A stretch of DNA of 64,000 bases from the human T2T-CHM13v2.0 reference genome, Homo sapiens. Each line of letters starts with the position of its first letter. The first letter of the stretch is position 1. Made by a program: the position numbers and the translations under genes. The stretch is taken from NCBI RefSeq assembly GCF_009914755.1, contig NC_060938.1; one strand, given 5' to 3'. A model generated the notes under the pieces. The model had not been told where the DNA came from and searched no databases. It saw only the letters and a program-made list of their open reading frames with translations. Shown here in pieces: positions 51,470-64,000 of the stretch.

Positions 51470-52413
51470 TCATTCAGTCCCTTGACCTGCTGTTATCCTC
51501 TTCAGGGCAGACTTCACTTCCTGGTTCCTCAGTGTATAGATGAGGGGGTTCAGTAATGGAGTGACAACAGTGTAAAACACAGCTGCTGCCCCATCCAGGG
51601 GGCCTTTGGAGCCAGCCCTAAGGTAGATGAAAATACAGGGGACATAGTAGACTGTGACCACGATTAGGTGGGAGCCACAGGTGGAGAAGGCCCGGCGCCT
51701 CCCATCAGTGGTGCGTATCTTCAGGATGGCATTTACTATGTTGGCATACGAGAGCAGAATTAACATGAAGCAACTGGCGGCCACTACCCCGATGTCCACA
51801 AAGGTCACAAGCTCATTGACAGTTGTGTCAGCACAGGCCAGTCTCAATACTGCGGGGATGTCACAGATAAAGTAATCTACCTGATTGGGCCCACAGTAGG
51901 GCAGGCGGAAGGTCAGGGTGGCCTGGATAGACCCATGCATGGAGCCAGCGACCCAAGCTCCAGCCACAAGGACTGTGCATAACCTCCCATTCATGAGCAC
52001 TGGGTAGCGCAGGGGCTGACATATTGCCAGGTACTGTCATAGGCCATCAAGGTGTAGAGGAAGCACTGGGTGCTGCCCAGGAAGTGAAAGAAATACAGTT
52101 GAGCCACACAGCCACCAAACGGGATAGCCTTGTTGGCAGGAGTGAAGTTTAAAATAATTCAAGGAACGATGACTGAGGAGAGCCACATGTCCAGGAATGA
52201 GAGCACTCCCAGAAGAATGTACATGGGGCGAGCACGGAGCTTCGGGTCAGCCCACACGGTGAGCAGAATGAGCAGGTTCCCCAGCTGAGTGAGGATGTAA
52301 ATGACGAAGAAGACCAGGAAGAGGAGGCTTCTTAGATTCGGGGGGTGAGACAAACCCAGAAGAATGAAATCTCTCACCACGGTGTCCAGCGATGTGTTTT
52401 TGGTCTTTCCCAT
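51470..52413 (-). pseudogene. OR10G1P: Olfactory receptor family 10G unprocessed pseudogene, close to OR10G2
   Basis: Full-length OR homology from MGKTKNTSLD to KRITAGQTE-like end (ITAGQGTE*); premature TGA at 52161-52159 (IVP*; the paralogue has Arg) and a 1-bp deletion in the Arg codon of MAYDRY near 52034 (GGTACTGTC vs OR10G3 GGTACCTGTC). Confidence 0.93.
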
Positions 52414-53431
52414 GTCTTTTTGCAGTCTGCTAAGATGAATGGTGAAGTCTGATAAGGAAAATGCAGGTGTGGAGTGATAACAGAATGCTTTTGTCTAATG
52501 ATCAGAATTTGAGAGGTAAACAGAAGTCTTCTATATTTTAAATAGAAAGCATTTGCCATCAGTCACCTGGGTTTGCTTGGCAAAACAACCTTCAGAGCTG
52601 TTTAGTCTCTAGGTGCCCTGAAATGCCTCTTTAATAGGGGATACGACATACAGGTATTAGAAACCAAGCACAGGATTGTGTCTGAATAATAGTGTAAGTG
52701 CATATGATAGGTCTACGCCCCCAAAGGGGACCACAGAGAAATAGATTTTGGTGATATGAAGCAGTGTGGAACTATTACCCCACAATTATCATTCCTATTG
52801 TTGGTTTATGACTTAATATCCTTGAAATGTCTCCTCCTGAGATCTACAAGAAACTTTGTGATCTGGTTCTTGCATATTTCAATAATCTTTGTTTTAGTTC
52901 TCTCAGATCACCATACCCTCCTTCCTCTGGACTTAGGAGTATGCTGATTGATCTAATATGTCTTCATTCCTCTGTCACCTCCTTGGAAAGAATTATCCTC
53001 CACTAGAAGACAATTTTCTGGGAAATAAGAACTTATATTAAAGGGTGATTACAGTACATTATTATAAGAGCTATTTGCTTAAGTACTTACCGTTTCCTTC
53101 TACTAGATTTTAAGATCCTTCAGAGCAAAGAGCACTCTATTTTGTTCTTTGATGTATTTGCAGCAACTACTCTGGTGCTTGGCAATAATAAGTTAATAAA
53201 TATTTGTTGGTTGACTGGCTAAGTGGATAGTGTCAACTCCTACTAATCCTGTATCATGTTTCCCTCCATGATCACATCTCTCATGCTTTTTCCATATAGT
53301 CAAGACTGTAGGACAGGGCCTGCACTTCAAGCAATGTGAGCCTATGCTCAGTGTAAACAAAGTCTAAGGTACCATTTGTACCTTCTGTTTGCTCTGGAAT
53401 GTTATTTACATTTATTAATTGACCTAAGTAG

Positions 53432-53780
<349 letters not shown>

Positions 53781-54334
53781 ACAGCATTGATTATTATAGG
53801 ATTTGTCTTTTAGTACATTGTTATTTTAATAGTTTTTGTTTGTCTTCCAACAAAAAGGATTTCAAAAAGCCTTCAAAGGTATTAAACATCTAAGCCAGAT
53901 GTTATTTAAAAACTCCCTTTGGCTGGGCGCAGTGGCTCACACCTGTAATCCCAGCACTGTTGGAGGCTGAGGCAGGCGAATCACTTGAGGCCAGGAGTTC
54001 AAGACCAGCCCTGGCCAACATGGCAAAACCTTGTCTCTATTAAAAATACAAAAATTAGTCCGGTATGGTGGTGCATGTCTGTAATCCCAGCTACTCAGGA
54101 GGCTGAAGCACGAGAATCGAGACTCACCTGAGCCTGAAAGGTGGAGGTTGCAGTGAGCCAAGATCAGGCCACTGCACTCCAGCCTGGGCCACAGAGAGAG
54201 ACTAGGTCTTGAAACAAAACAAAACAGAAAAACTGTCTTTGATAAATGGTTTGTTCAAAAAAGAATGTTTTAGGTATTTTTACCCATTGCTTAAACTAAA
54301 ATATCTTACAGTTCTTTTTTGTTGTTGTTTGTTG

Positions 54335-54603
54335 TTTTTTTAAAATAAATTTTATTATATATATTCAAAGTATGCAACATGGTGTTATGAAATATATAGA
54401 TAGTAAAATGATTACTACAGTGAAGTAAGTTAACATATTCATCATCTCACGTAGTTACCCATTTTATTGGGTGGCAAGAGCAGCTAAAATTTAGTCATTT
54501 AGCAAAAAATCCTAAATATACAATATTATTAACTATAGTCCTCATGTTGTACATTAGAGCTTTAGACTTGTTCATTCTGTGTACTTGCTACTTTGTGTCC
54601 TTT
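54335..54603 (-). mobile_element. L1MA 3' end fragment
   Basis: AAAATGATTACTACAGTGAAGTAAGTTAACATATTCATCATCTCACGTAGTTACC...ATTATTAACTATAGTCCTCATGTTGTACATTAG. Confidence 0.75.
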
Positions 54604-55069
54604 AAGAAACAAAAATTAAACTAGTAAGAAATTAATTATACAAAGATCTGAGCATTAACAGTTATAACCACAGGGATGCCATTAGAAAAATTCCCTTTTA
54701 TAAATGTCAGACTCAAACATATTTTATCTTCATTATTATTTAAAAGGAATTAAGTGCATATAATTATTAATAATACTGCATTTGTACTAATTATTAATAA
54801 TAATGCATTTATACTAATTATACAGTCCATAGAAATAAGTACAGACTTTGTCCACAAATCTCTTTATTAGAGTATATTAGATTTTTATTACCTTATTTTC
54901 AGAAGGAAGGATAATTTCTTTTGGGATGGGTGGATGGTACTTTCTTTGTCTAGAATGGAAAGAAATGGCAAAGTTTGAGCACTTGTATATGATACTAATT
55001 ATGAGCAAAATTTATATTCTACCAGTGAGAGGAGATACATACTAGAGGAGATATATACTATAAATGTGA

Positions 55070-55429
<360 letters not shown>

Positions 55430-55623
55430 TAAATCATATTAGAATTATACTAAAATGTCAACCATTTGGATGTTCATACATAACGAACATAATAAATCCT
55501 TATGCATAATGAAAAATGTTATCTTTCTTCGGCCAGGCACGGTGGCTCACGCCTGTAATCCCAGCACTTTGAAGGCCGAGGTGGGCGGATCACGAGGTCA
55601 GGAGATCGATACCACCCTGGCTA

Positions 55624-55854
<231 letters not shown>

Positions 55855-58576
55855 TCACCAATCTGAGTTTTTCCCTGGCTGTGGTGCATAAATATGGGTA
55901 CACTTTCCCAAATCCTCTGCTGAGAGAAGGTTCCTTCTACCCTCACCCTGCTTTCCTATCTGGCCCTGGGCATCCTGGTTGGCAGGACAGGGACTCTGGT
56001 GGTGCTCACAGTAGGTGAGTATAAGGGCAAGGCTCCTTTTCCAGGCAGAGGCAGCAGAAGATGGTGATTTTGATGTGGTGTAATGGGGTTGCAGAGGAAG
56101 GCAGACTGTGGGAAGGTGGGTAGAGGAGAATTTCAGAAGGAGGAATCTCTGTAGGGCAGGGAGCATGTTTGCAGAAGGACCAAGTCATTCTAAGAGAGAG
56201 AGTGTGGTTTTAGAAGAGAGAAGTCTTTTTTTTTTTTTTTTTGTTCTGGAGAAAAATGGGCCAGCCTAGAAAAATACAAAAGAAGAAAACTGATCAAATG
56301 TTTTCCTTCCTAACGTAAATGTGATATTTTATTATGAGCCTACTAATCTTTTGAAGCTGTAGAGTCTTAGGCTTCTTATATTGAGGAGTGAAGGAAACTT
56401 AGATGTATCAATTAAAAAAAAGTTGAAGTATCTACATCTTGGCTAATTTGTTACATATTCTAAAATTTCTTATTTTAAATAGTATTTAGTATTGTTAAGG
56501 TCATCTTATTAAATGGTTGTAATTTAATATCAAAATATATGATTAAAGAAAATAAGAATCTACCACTGATAGATTCAGCATTTAAAACAGCAAATAATTA
56601 GGGGCAGGGGCTTTGGTCCAGAAATTCAAGGGAGGGGGTCCTAGGGATGGAATGAAGGAGGTTAGCATTGAGAGAGCATGGTAAGGAAGGGATGAGATAG
56701 GGTTAGGTAGGAAACCATAGGATGGGCTAAGTATTGTGCTCTTCTTTACTAGGAGGCCAATTCATGTTGAACGCTTTGCAGGCAGTAGCATTTTTCACTT
56801 TGTAAAAAGTCAGATTATCCCAGAGAAAAATTGGTTTCTTTCTGGCATGTCTGCACCGAACTGGGGTTCCTACAGGGCACTTTTGAGTTGGTGCCATCCC
56901 CATTTAGAGCAGATGTGAATCGCTGAGGCTGAGAGATGAGGACTGACCCAGCGTTGAGTTGTTCACTCTTGTTTGCTTTTAGGGCCAGACTTGACCACAG
57001 CCCTTTTAGGCCATTAGGCAGCCTGAGCAAAGAGTTGAAGCAAGGAGAATGAATAGAGTTTGGGTACAGTGGGGAGGCAGAGCTCATATTTTCTTGCTCT
57101 GATTATTCTGCCAGTGTTCTTGTATTCTTAGTTAAAACAAAAAGAGCTTACTTAAGAAAAGATACTTGAAACAAAGACCTTCCAATTTTCAAGTAGGTTG
57201 AACTAACTGTGTTCTGGGAAACACAGGTTTAAATAATCCATCTCTTACTGTGTTTACACAGTAACACTTAATCTGATACATCATCTATATTGTTTATCAT
57301 CTCTCCCAAAAGAGAGAAAATAAACGATAGCTCTTTAAAATTATTTTCCTCAATTCAAAGAAGAATGTTCTTTAATTGGGAGAAATAATAATTTAATTCA
57401 AAATTTATCTGCCTACCAAATTAACTCTGGGTGTAGAGGGTGAGTTGAGAAAGAAGATGGGGGAAAGAGACAGATTAAATACCGTTTTTGACAAAATTGT
57501 GAAAATGTTTAAAGTCTGGGAATTAAGTATTTGTTCCATTTTGAATTGCCCCAACCTTAGGAATGCTTTTCTTCTTGGACTCACATGGACACAGGAGCAA
57601 AATCTTGGGGAAAGTTGGTGTATTCTCAGGTGGAATGTGGAGCAGGTAAGGAAAGCATCCTTCAGAACATCGCTTTGGCTTGTGGTGATGGATTACTGAA
57701 TCTCTGTTTTGTAATGGAATTAAAATCTTCCAAGGGATCAGCTCATTGACTGATTTAAGAATCGATGAGACTTGGTTATTTATGGAGTGTGACTCTTCTA
57801 CTTATGATCTTGAATTGATTACCCTTATTAGCTGGATCTCCTTTGATCCAGTTTTTAAAAACACTGTCAAGAGATTTGAAGAAAACTGTCCACCTCCTTG
57901 GAATCCTACCTTGAAACATTTCCCAGATGAGAACTACATTCCCAAGATCCTTGTTATTTTTTGTTTTGACGGCAAGCAGGAATCATTTCTGCATATCTAG
58001 AAAGTGAGCTGTGAAGAACAACATGAGCTGTTTGAATGACCTCAAATTTCTGTGATTTCTTTATTTAAGTTGTTGCGAGGGTCACACATTTACCCACATT
58101 ATACTCAGAAGTGAATTGATAATGTATTGAATTTTTAAGAGTGTCTCCGTTTAAAAAAATGGAAAAAGAAAAAAAGAAAATGTATCGAATTTTTAATAAT
58201 TAAGCTAATCTTTCTTATATATTCCCACTTCTCTGGACACTGAGAGAAATAAAAAATCCCCTAAATGTAGGTCAATTGACTAAATTTGGTTACTTCCAGT
58301 TTATAAAATATTGGGTTGGGCAGCAATGGCTCACACCTGTAATTCCAGCTATTCAGGAGGCTGAGTTGGGAGAATCATTTGAGCCCAGGAATTTGAGACC
58401 AGCCTGAGCAACATGACAAGACCCTGTCTCACAAACAAACAAACGCCAAACAAATTTGCCAGAGATTCTAAAAAGTCTTGGATGACTCCATTGTTTCTAT
58501 AACAGTGGGGAAAAAGATGGCTTCAGATTGTTGGAGCATTCCTTAGATACTTCTTCTTGTTTTGGAAATTATTTTA

Positions 58577-58951
<375 letters not shown>

Positions 58952-59142
58952 TCAAGCAGTCCTCCCACCTCAGCCTCCCCAAATGGTGGGATTACAGATG
59001 CGAGCCACCGTGCTCAGCCTGACTTTTGTTCTTTTTTGCTGGGGTGTGGCAGGTAGGTCTGGTAGACTTCTTGAATCATATAGGTAAGGATAGTGATGCC
59101 TAGACATTTGGGGTGCTTGCTCTTATCCATAGTTGGAATCAA

Positions 59143-59885
59143 TCGTGTGCTGGAGTTGGTTTGTACTGGCTTGCAATAGCTGATTGTTAAAATTTCAGAA
59201 GTTTTGTGAGCTCTTTGCTAAACCTGCAATTAAAATACACATTTGTAGGCCTAGCACGGTGGCTCATGTCTGCAATCGCAGCTCTTTGGGAGTCTGAGGT
59301 GGAAGGATCGCTTGAGCCCAGAAATTTGAGACTAGCCTGGCCAAAATATCAAGACCTTTTCTCTACAAAAATTAAAAAATTAACCAGTTGTGGTGACGCA
59401 TGCCTGTAGTCCCAGCTACATGGGAGATTGGGGCAGGAGGATCCTTTGAGCCCAGGAAATTGAGGCTGCAGTGAGCCATGTTCATGCCATTGCACTCAGC
59501 CTGAGTGACAAAGCAAGACCCTGTTTCAAAAAAAAAAAATATATATATATATATAACTTATATAAATTTGTACTTAATAGACATTTTCACTTAAATAAAT
59601 TATATCAAATACAATACTAAAAACTCATCATTTCCTGAGTATTTTACTGTGTTTTACTAATATCTATGAGATCGTTCACATCTATCATATCTTTATGGTA
59701 GAAATACCATAAAATAGTGTGCTACTACACATCTCTTACTAAACTCATAAGTAGTGATGTCATGTTGGAGCTTGAAATTGACTATAGTGGGATGATTTAC
59801 ACCATAAAAATGGGCAAATACTACCTATCAGGTTTTTTTTTTGTTCTGATAGCGAGTTTTTAAATATTTAACAGCATACTCATGG
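59143..59885. mobile_element. hAT-Tip100 (Arthur1-like) DNA transposon remnant split by an AluJ
   Basis: Start GTGTGCTGGAGTTGGTTTGTACTGGCTTGCAATAGCTGATTGTTAAAATTTCAG; end AAATATTTAACAGCATAC. Confidence 0.55.
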
Positions 59886-60876
59886 CTGGAATCTCTAGCT
59901 CCTGTTCTTCCTGGAAGTCATTGCATGCTGTAGCAACTTTGCTTTGACTCTAGCCTTGTGCTGTTGCACTATTGTTCTGCATGCTTCTCTATCTTCCCTG
60001 GCAAAACATACAGGCATCTTTGATTTCCTTATTTCCAGGCACTGGAAAACTAGATTCGTATAGTCATGTCCCCTTATACAATGAGCCAGAGTTGTTTTAA
60101 GGATCTGCAGCCTCTCTGTGTCATGCCCACAGAAACATGCTACTATCTTTGGTGACCTTAGGTTTTCTTATACTCCATAAGCTCCCATTTATCTTAAGGG
60201 TTGGTTTCAAGTCAAGGAAAAGAAAAAAGAACCCTGGCATCTAACCTCCTTGGTCTACCTCTGTTTCCCTTCATGATTCTCCCAAATTTGCAGGGGCGAG
60301 GTTTTCCTGCTTTCACTTAATTCTATGTGGAGCCTTCAACATATAAATTCTGTGACCAAGTCTACCAAGCCTGGCTTGATGTATTACAGAGGGAGATAAA
60401 TTAATTTAGAAAACTTGTTTCTCTCATGACAAGTCCTGCCTTTCAAGCTGATTGGCTTGTTGCCGACATGAAAACCTATTTTGGCTATGGGAGGCTGAAT
60501 AATGATTCTTTTTATCTTGCTTATTTCTACTGCAACGCTGCTATCCTAATCTTCTTTGCCACACTTCCTCCCTTTTCCCCCTTCCCAGCATATTGATGCT
60601 TTAAGTGGCTAGGAATAAGGTGCTATTCATAGACTTGCAAATAGAAGAGCACATCAAGATATGTAAAAGTATTGCTTCTTTGCAGAGGTATAAAGGACAG
60701 AGGGATGTAAGACTGATTCTTCCTATAGCTGGGAGGAATGAATATAAGGAGCTGGTATGTCTCACTTCACCTTGTGATATAAAATAAAGTGGCAGCTTTG
60801 AATATTTGAGTTAAATTTCAGGAGTCTCCATGTAGCTATTGTGGAAATATTCTTATTGCCACTACCTTCTTTGTCG

Positions 60877-61302
60877 TTTTTTTTTTTGAGGCAGACTCTC
60901 GCCCTGTCACCCAGGCTTGAGTGCAGTGGTGCGATCTCGGCTCACTGCACCTCTGCCTCCCGGGTTCAAGCGATTCTCCTGCCTCAGCCTCCCAAGTAGC
61001 TGGGGCTACAGGTGCGCACCACCACACCCAGCTAATTTTTGTATTTTTAGTAGAGACGGGGTTTTGCCATGTTGGCCAGGCTGGTCTTGAACTCCTGATC
61101 TCAGGTGATCCACCCGCCTTGGCCTCCTAAAGTGCTGGGATTACAGGCATGAGCCACCACACCCAGCTAATTTTTGTATTTTTAGTAGAGACAGGGTTTT
61201 GCCATGTTGGCCAGGCTGGTCTCGAACTCCTGATCTCAGGTGATCCACCCGCCTTGGCCTCCCAAAGTGCTGGGATTACAGGCGTGAGCCACCACGCCGG
61301 CC
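60877..61302 (-). mobile_element. Trimeric Alu with the left monomer duplicated in tandem
   Basis: 135-bp period (61019 vs 61154) with near-identical copies. Confidence 0.9.
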
Positions 61303-61360
61303 TGCCACCACTACTTTCTTTCTGTGATAAATTCAAGGACCCCGGGGCTTATCCATTACT

Positions 61361-62052
<692 letters not shown>

Positions 62053-63319
62053 GGCTTATTCATTTCTAGAGGTCAGTATAATTGCAACATTCTATAGAAG
62101 GGAAAATCCAGCAACCTATTTTTAGTAGAGAAGTCTGGTGATCTTTGGCCACATGATGTCACTGGTGGTACAGAAGATTTTTTGCCATCTCTGCCTCAGT
62201 GCCATGGGCAAGTTCCCTCCATCAACCTAGTCACGACCTCTTATTGTTCAAATGTAGGCAGGATGTCTTTCTCCCCTCACTGCCATGGCCATGCTGTTTT
62301 CCCACAGCCACCACAGCCTGGGCTGCCATTGCCACAGCTCCTCAGTGACCTGGCTCTTCGGTTTAGCTCAGGTAAGTGTAACCCTCTTCCAACAGAGCTG
62401 AGTTTGGAGGCCTGCCATCTCACCCCCCGACATTGTTCCTGGAAGCATACGTTTCCCCCTCTCTGAATCCAGGCTGTTCCTTTCTCCCTCATCTAATATT
62501 TATTCTCATTTCCCATTCTAGCATCACCACTATCTCTTTTGGGAGAGCAAAACCTCACTTACATAAAAAAATTGTATATTACTCATAATATATCTTATAC
62601 ATTTTACCCACATCTTTTCTATTTCCGTGATTCCTTCTATGCCAGAATCCTTCAAATATTACTTAATATTCACTGTTTTGACTTTATCTCTTAAGTTTAG
62701 TGCAGTAGGATTTTCCTCGTCTTCCACTTGCACAAAACTTTCATTTTCAAGATCATCAGTGACTATACATATACACACAGGTATTTATTTGGGGAAGAAA
62801 TGGTTTAGTCCTACCTCATCTTCAATAAGTTTATAGTATAGTGGGAAGAATATATTAACTACAGGTTAGAGTGGGACCACAAAGAAGAGTGAAGTTATGT
62901 TTGCTGATGGTTTTAGTGGAATTAGAAGCAGAGACTAGAGAAATTTCACGGAGTAGGTAGCCCTGTGCTCCTCTTGAAAGATAAGTAGACAGGGAGGGAC
63001 ACTTCAGCAGAGGAAAAAGGGAGCAATAGGTGGAGTGCTTGAAGCCGCCCTGTGTGAATGGGGAAAGGCCATTCACACCAATCTGCAACTCAGAGTATCT
63101 GCAGTATAGGTTAAGTGGATTTAAGTGATACATAGTTGGAATTTTATATGATGGAATAATAATCTGCCCTTACTTTGTAGGGGCTGGGGAGCCACTGAAG
63201 GCTTTAAGTAGGAGAATGTCACAGTCAAGTTGAAATCGTACATTGATCACTCGTGTATCTGTTTAAAAGGTAGTTTGGAATAGAGATAGACTATGGTGAA
63301 CAACACTGATACTCTGCTA

Positions 63320-63448
<129 letters not shown>

Positions 63449-63454
63449 CTACTA

Positions 63455-63634
<180 letters not shown>

Positions 63635-64000
63635 TTAGAATCAAAACAAAGCTTAAAAACCATATAGTCCTTTAGTTGTCTCATTCTACAATTGATATGT
63701 AAATCTACAGTAGGTAGCAAAATTCCTTATAAGGCTGTGTTCCTATATCCAAAACCAGGTTTTTTTCCCAAAAGTTGTTCAAAATAAGAGTAACCATTGT
63801 TAAACAAATAAAGCCCCACTACTATTAATTTAGGCTAATGCAGAATCAAGTGGTCTAGATGAGAAGCAGTGTGATTACAAATCTACCCCTGCAATTTAGA
63901 GCATTTGTCCTGGTGGCTCCCAATTTGAAGCTCATATATTTGAATCACTGTGTGTTTTCTCTGTCCACAGACATCCAAGATGTTTCTCTCTCCACTGGCA

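Noticed and set aside
51470-52000. 176-aa ORF as a functional short receptor
   Set aside because: It is the TM4-TM7 remainder downstream of the OR10G1P stop and frameshift.
62120-62378. Perfect plus-strand donor CAG|GTAAGT at 62371/62372 after a GC-richer tract
   Set aside because: No convincing acceptor, coding frame or partner exon in the window; an isolated 9-mer is plausible by chance.

Overview
Alu-dense primate, almost certainly human, genomic DNA that I recognise as the olfactory-receptor region of 14q11.2. The only intact protein-coding gene is OR10G3 (19394-20335, minus strand), with a probable non-coding first exon about 9 kb upstream (donor at 29377/29378). A disrupted paralogue, OR10G1P, lies at 51470-52413 on the minus strand. 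There are three processed pseudogenes (RBBP4, ACTR3, UBE2N), a tailless 5S rRNA retrocopy at the OR10G1P stop codon, a near full-length old L1M element (about 37.3-48.1 kb) carrying an LTR10 solo LTR and roughly a dozen Alus, MLT2A/MLT1 LTRs, DNA-transposon and L2/MIR remnants, and roughly a hundred Alu copies or fragments (only informative ones are listed). Nearly all short ORFs in the track are Alu, L1 or microsatellite artefacts. I see no new multi-gene system. The best second-look signals are small: an inverted patch near 783-870 copied from an Alu flank 52.6 kb away, a 66-bp orphan polyadenylated insertion in the ACTR3 pseudogene, an AG|GTAAG recursive-type splice junction in front of the OR10G3 ATG, a young AluYa5 interrupting a 298-aa WD40 frame, the 5S insertion, an AP-1 tandem array in LTR10, and a tandem-repeat plus micro-inversion scar at the L1 endonuclease SDH motif. 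Gene symbols and repeat subfamilies come from recall, not a database search.
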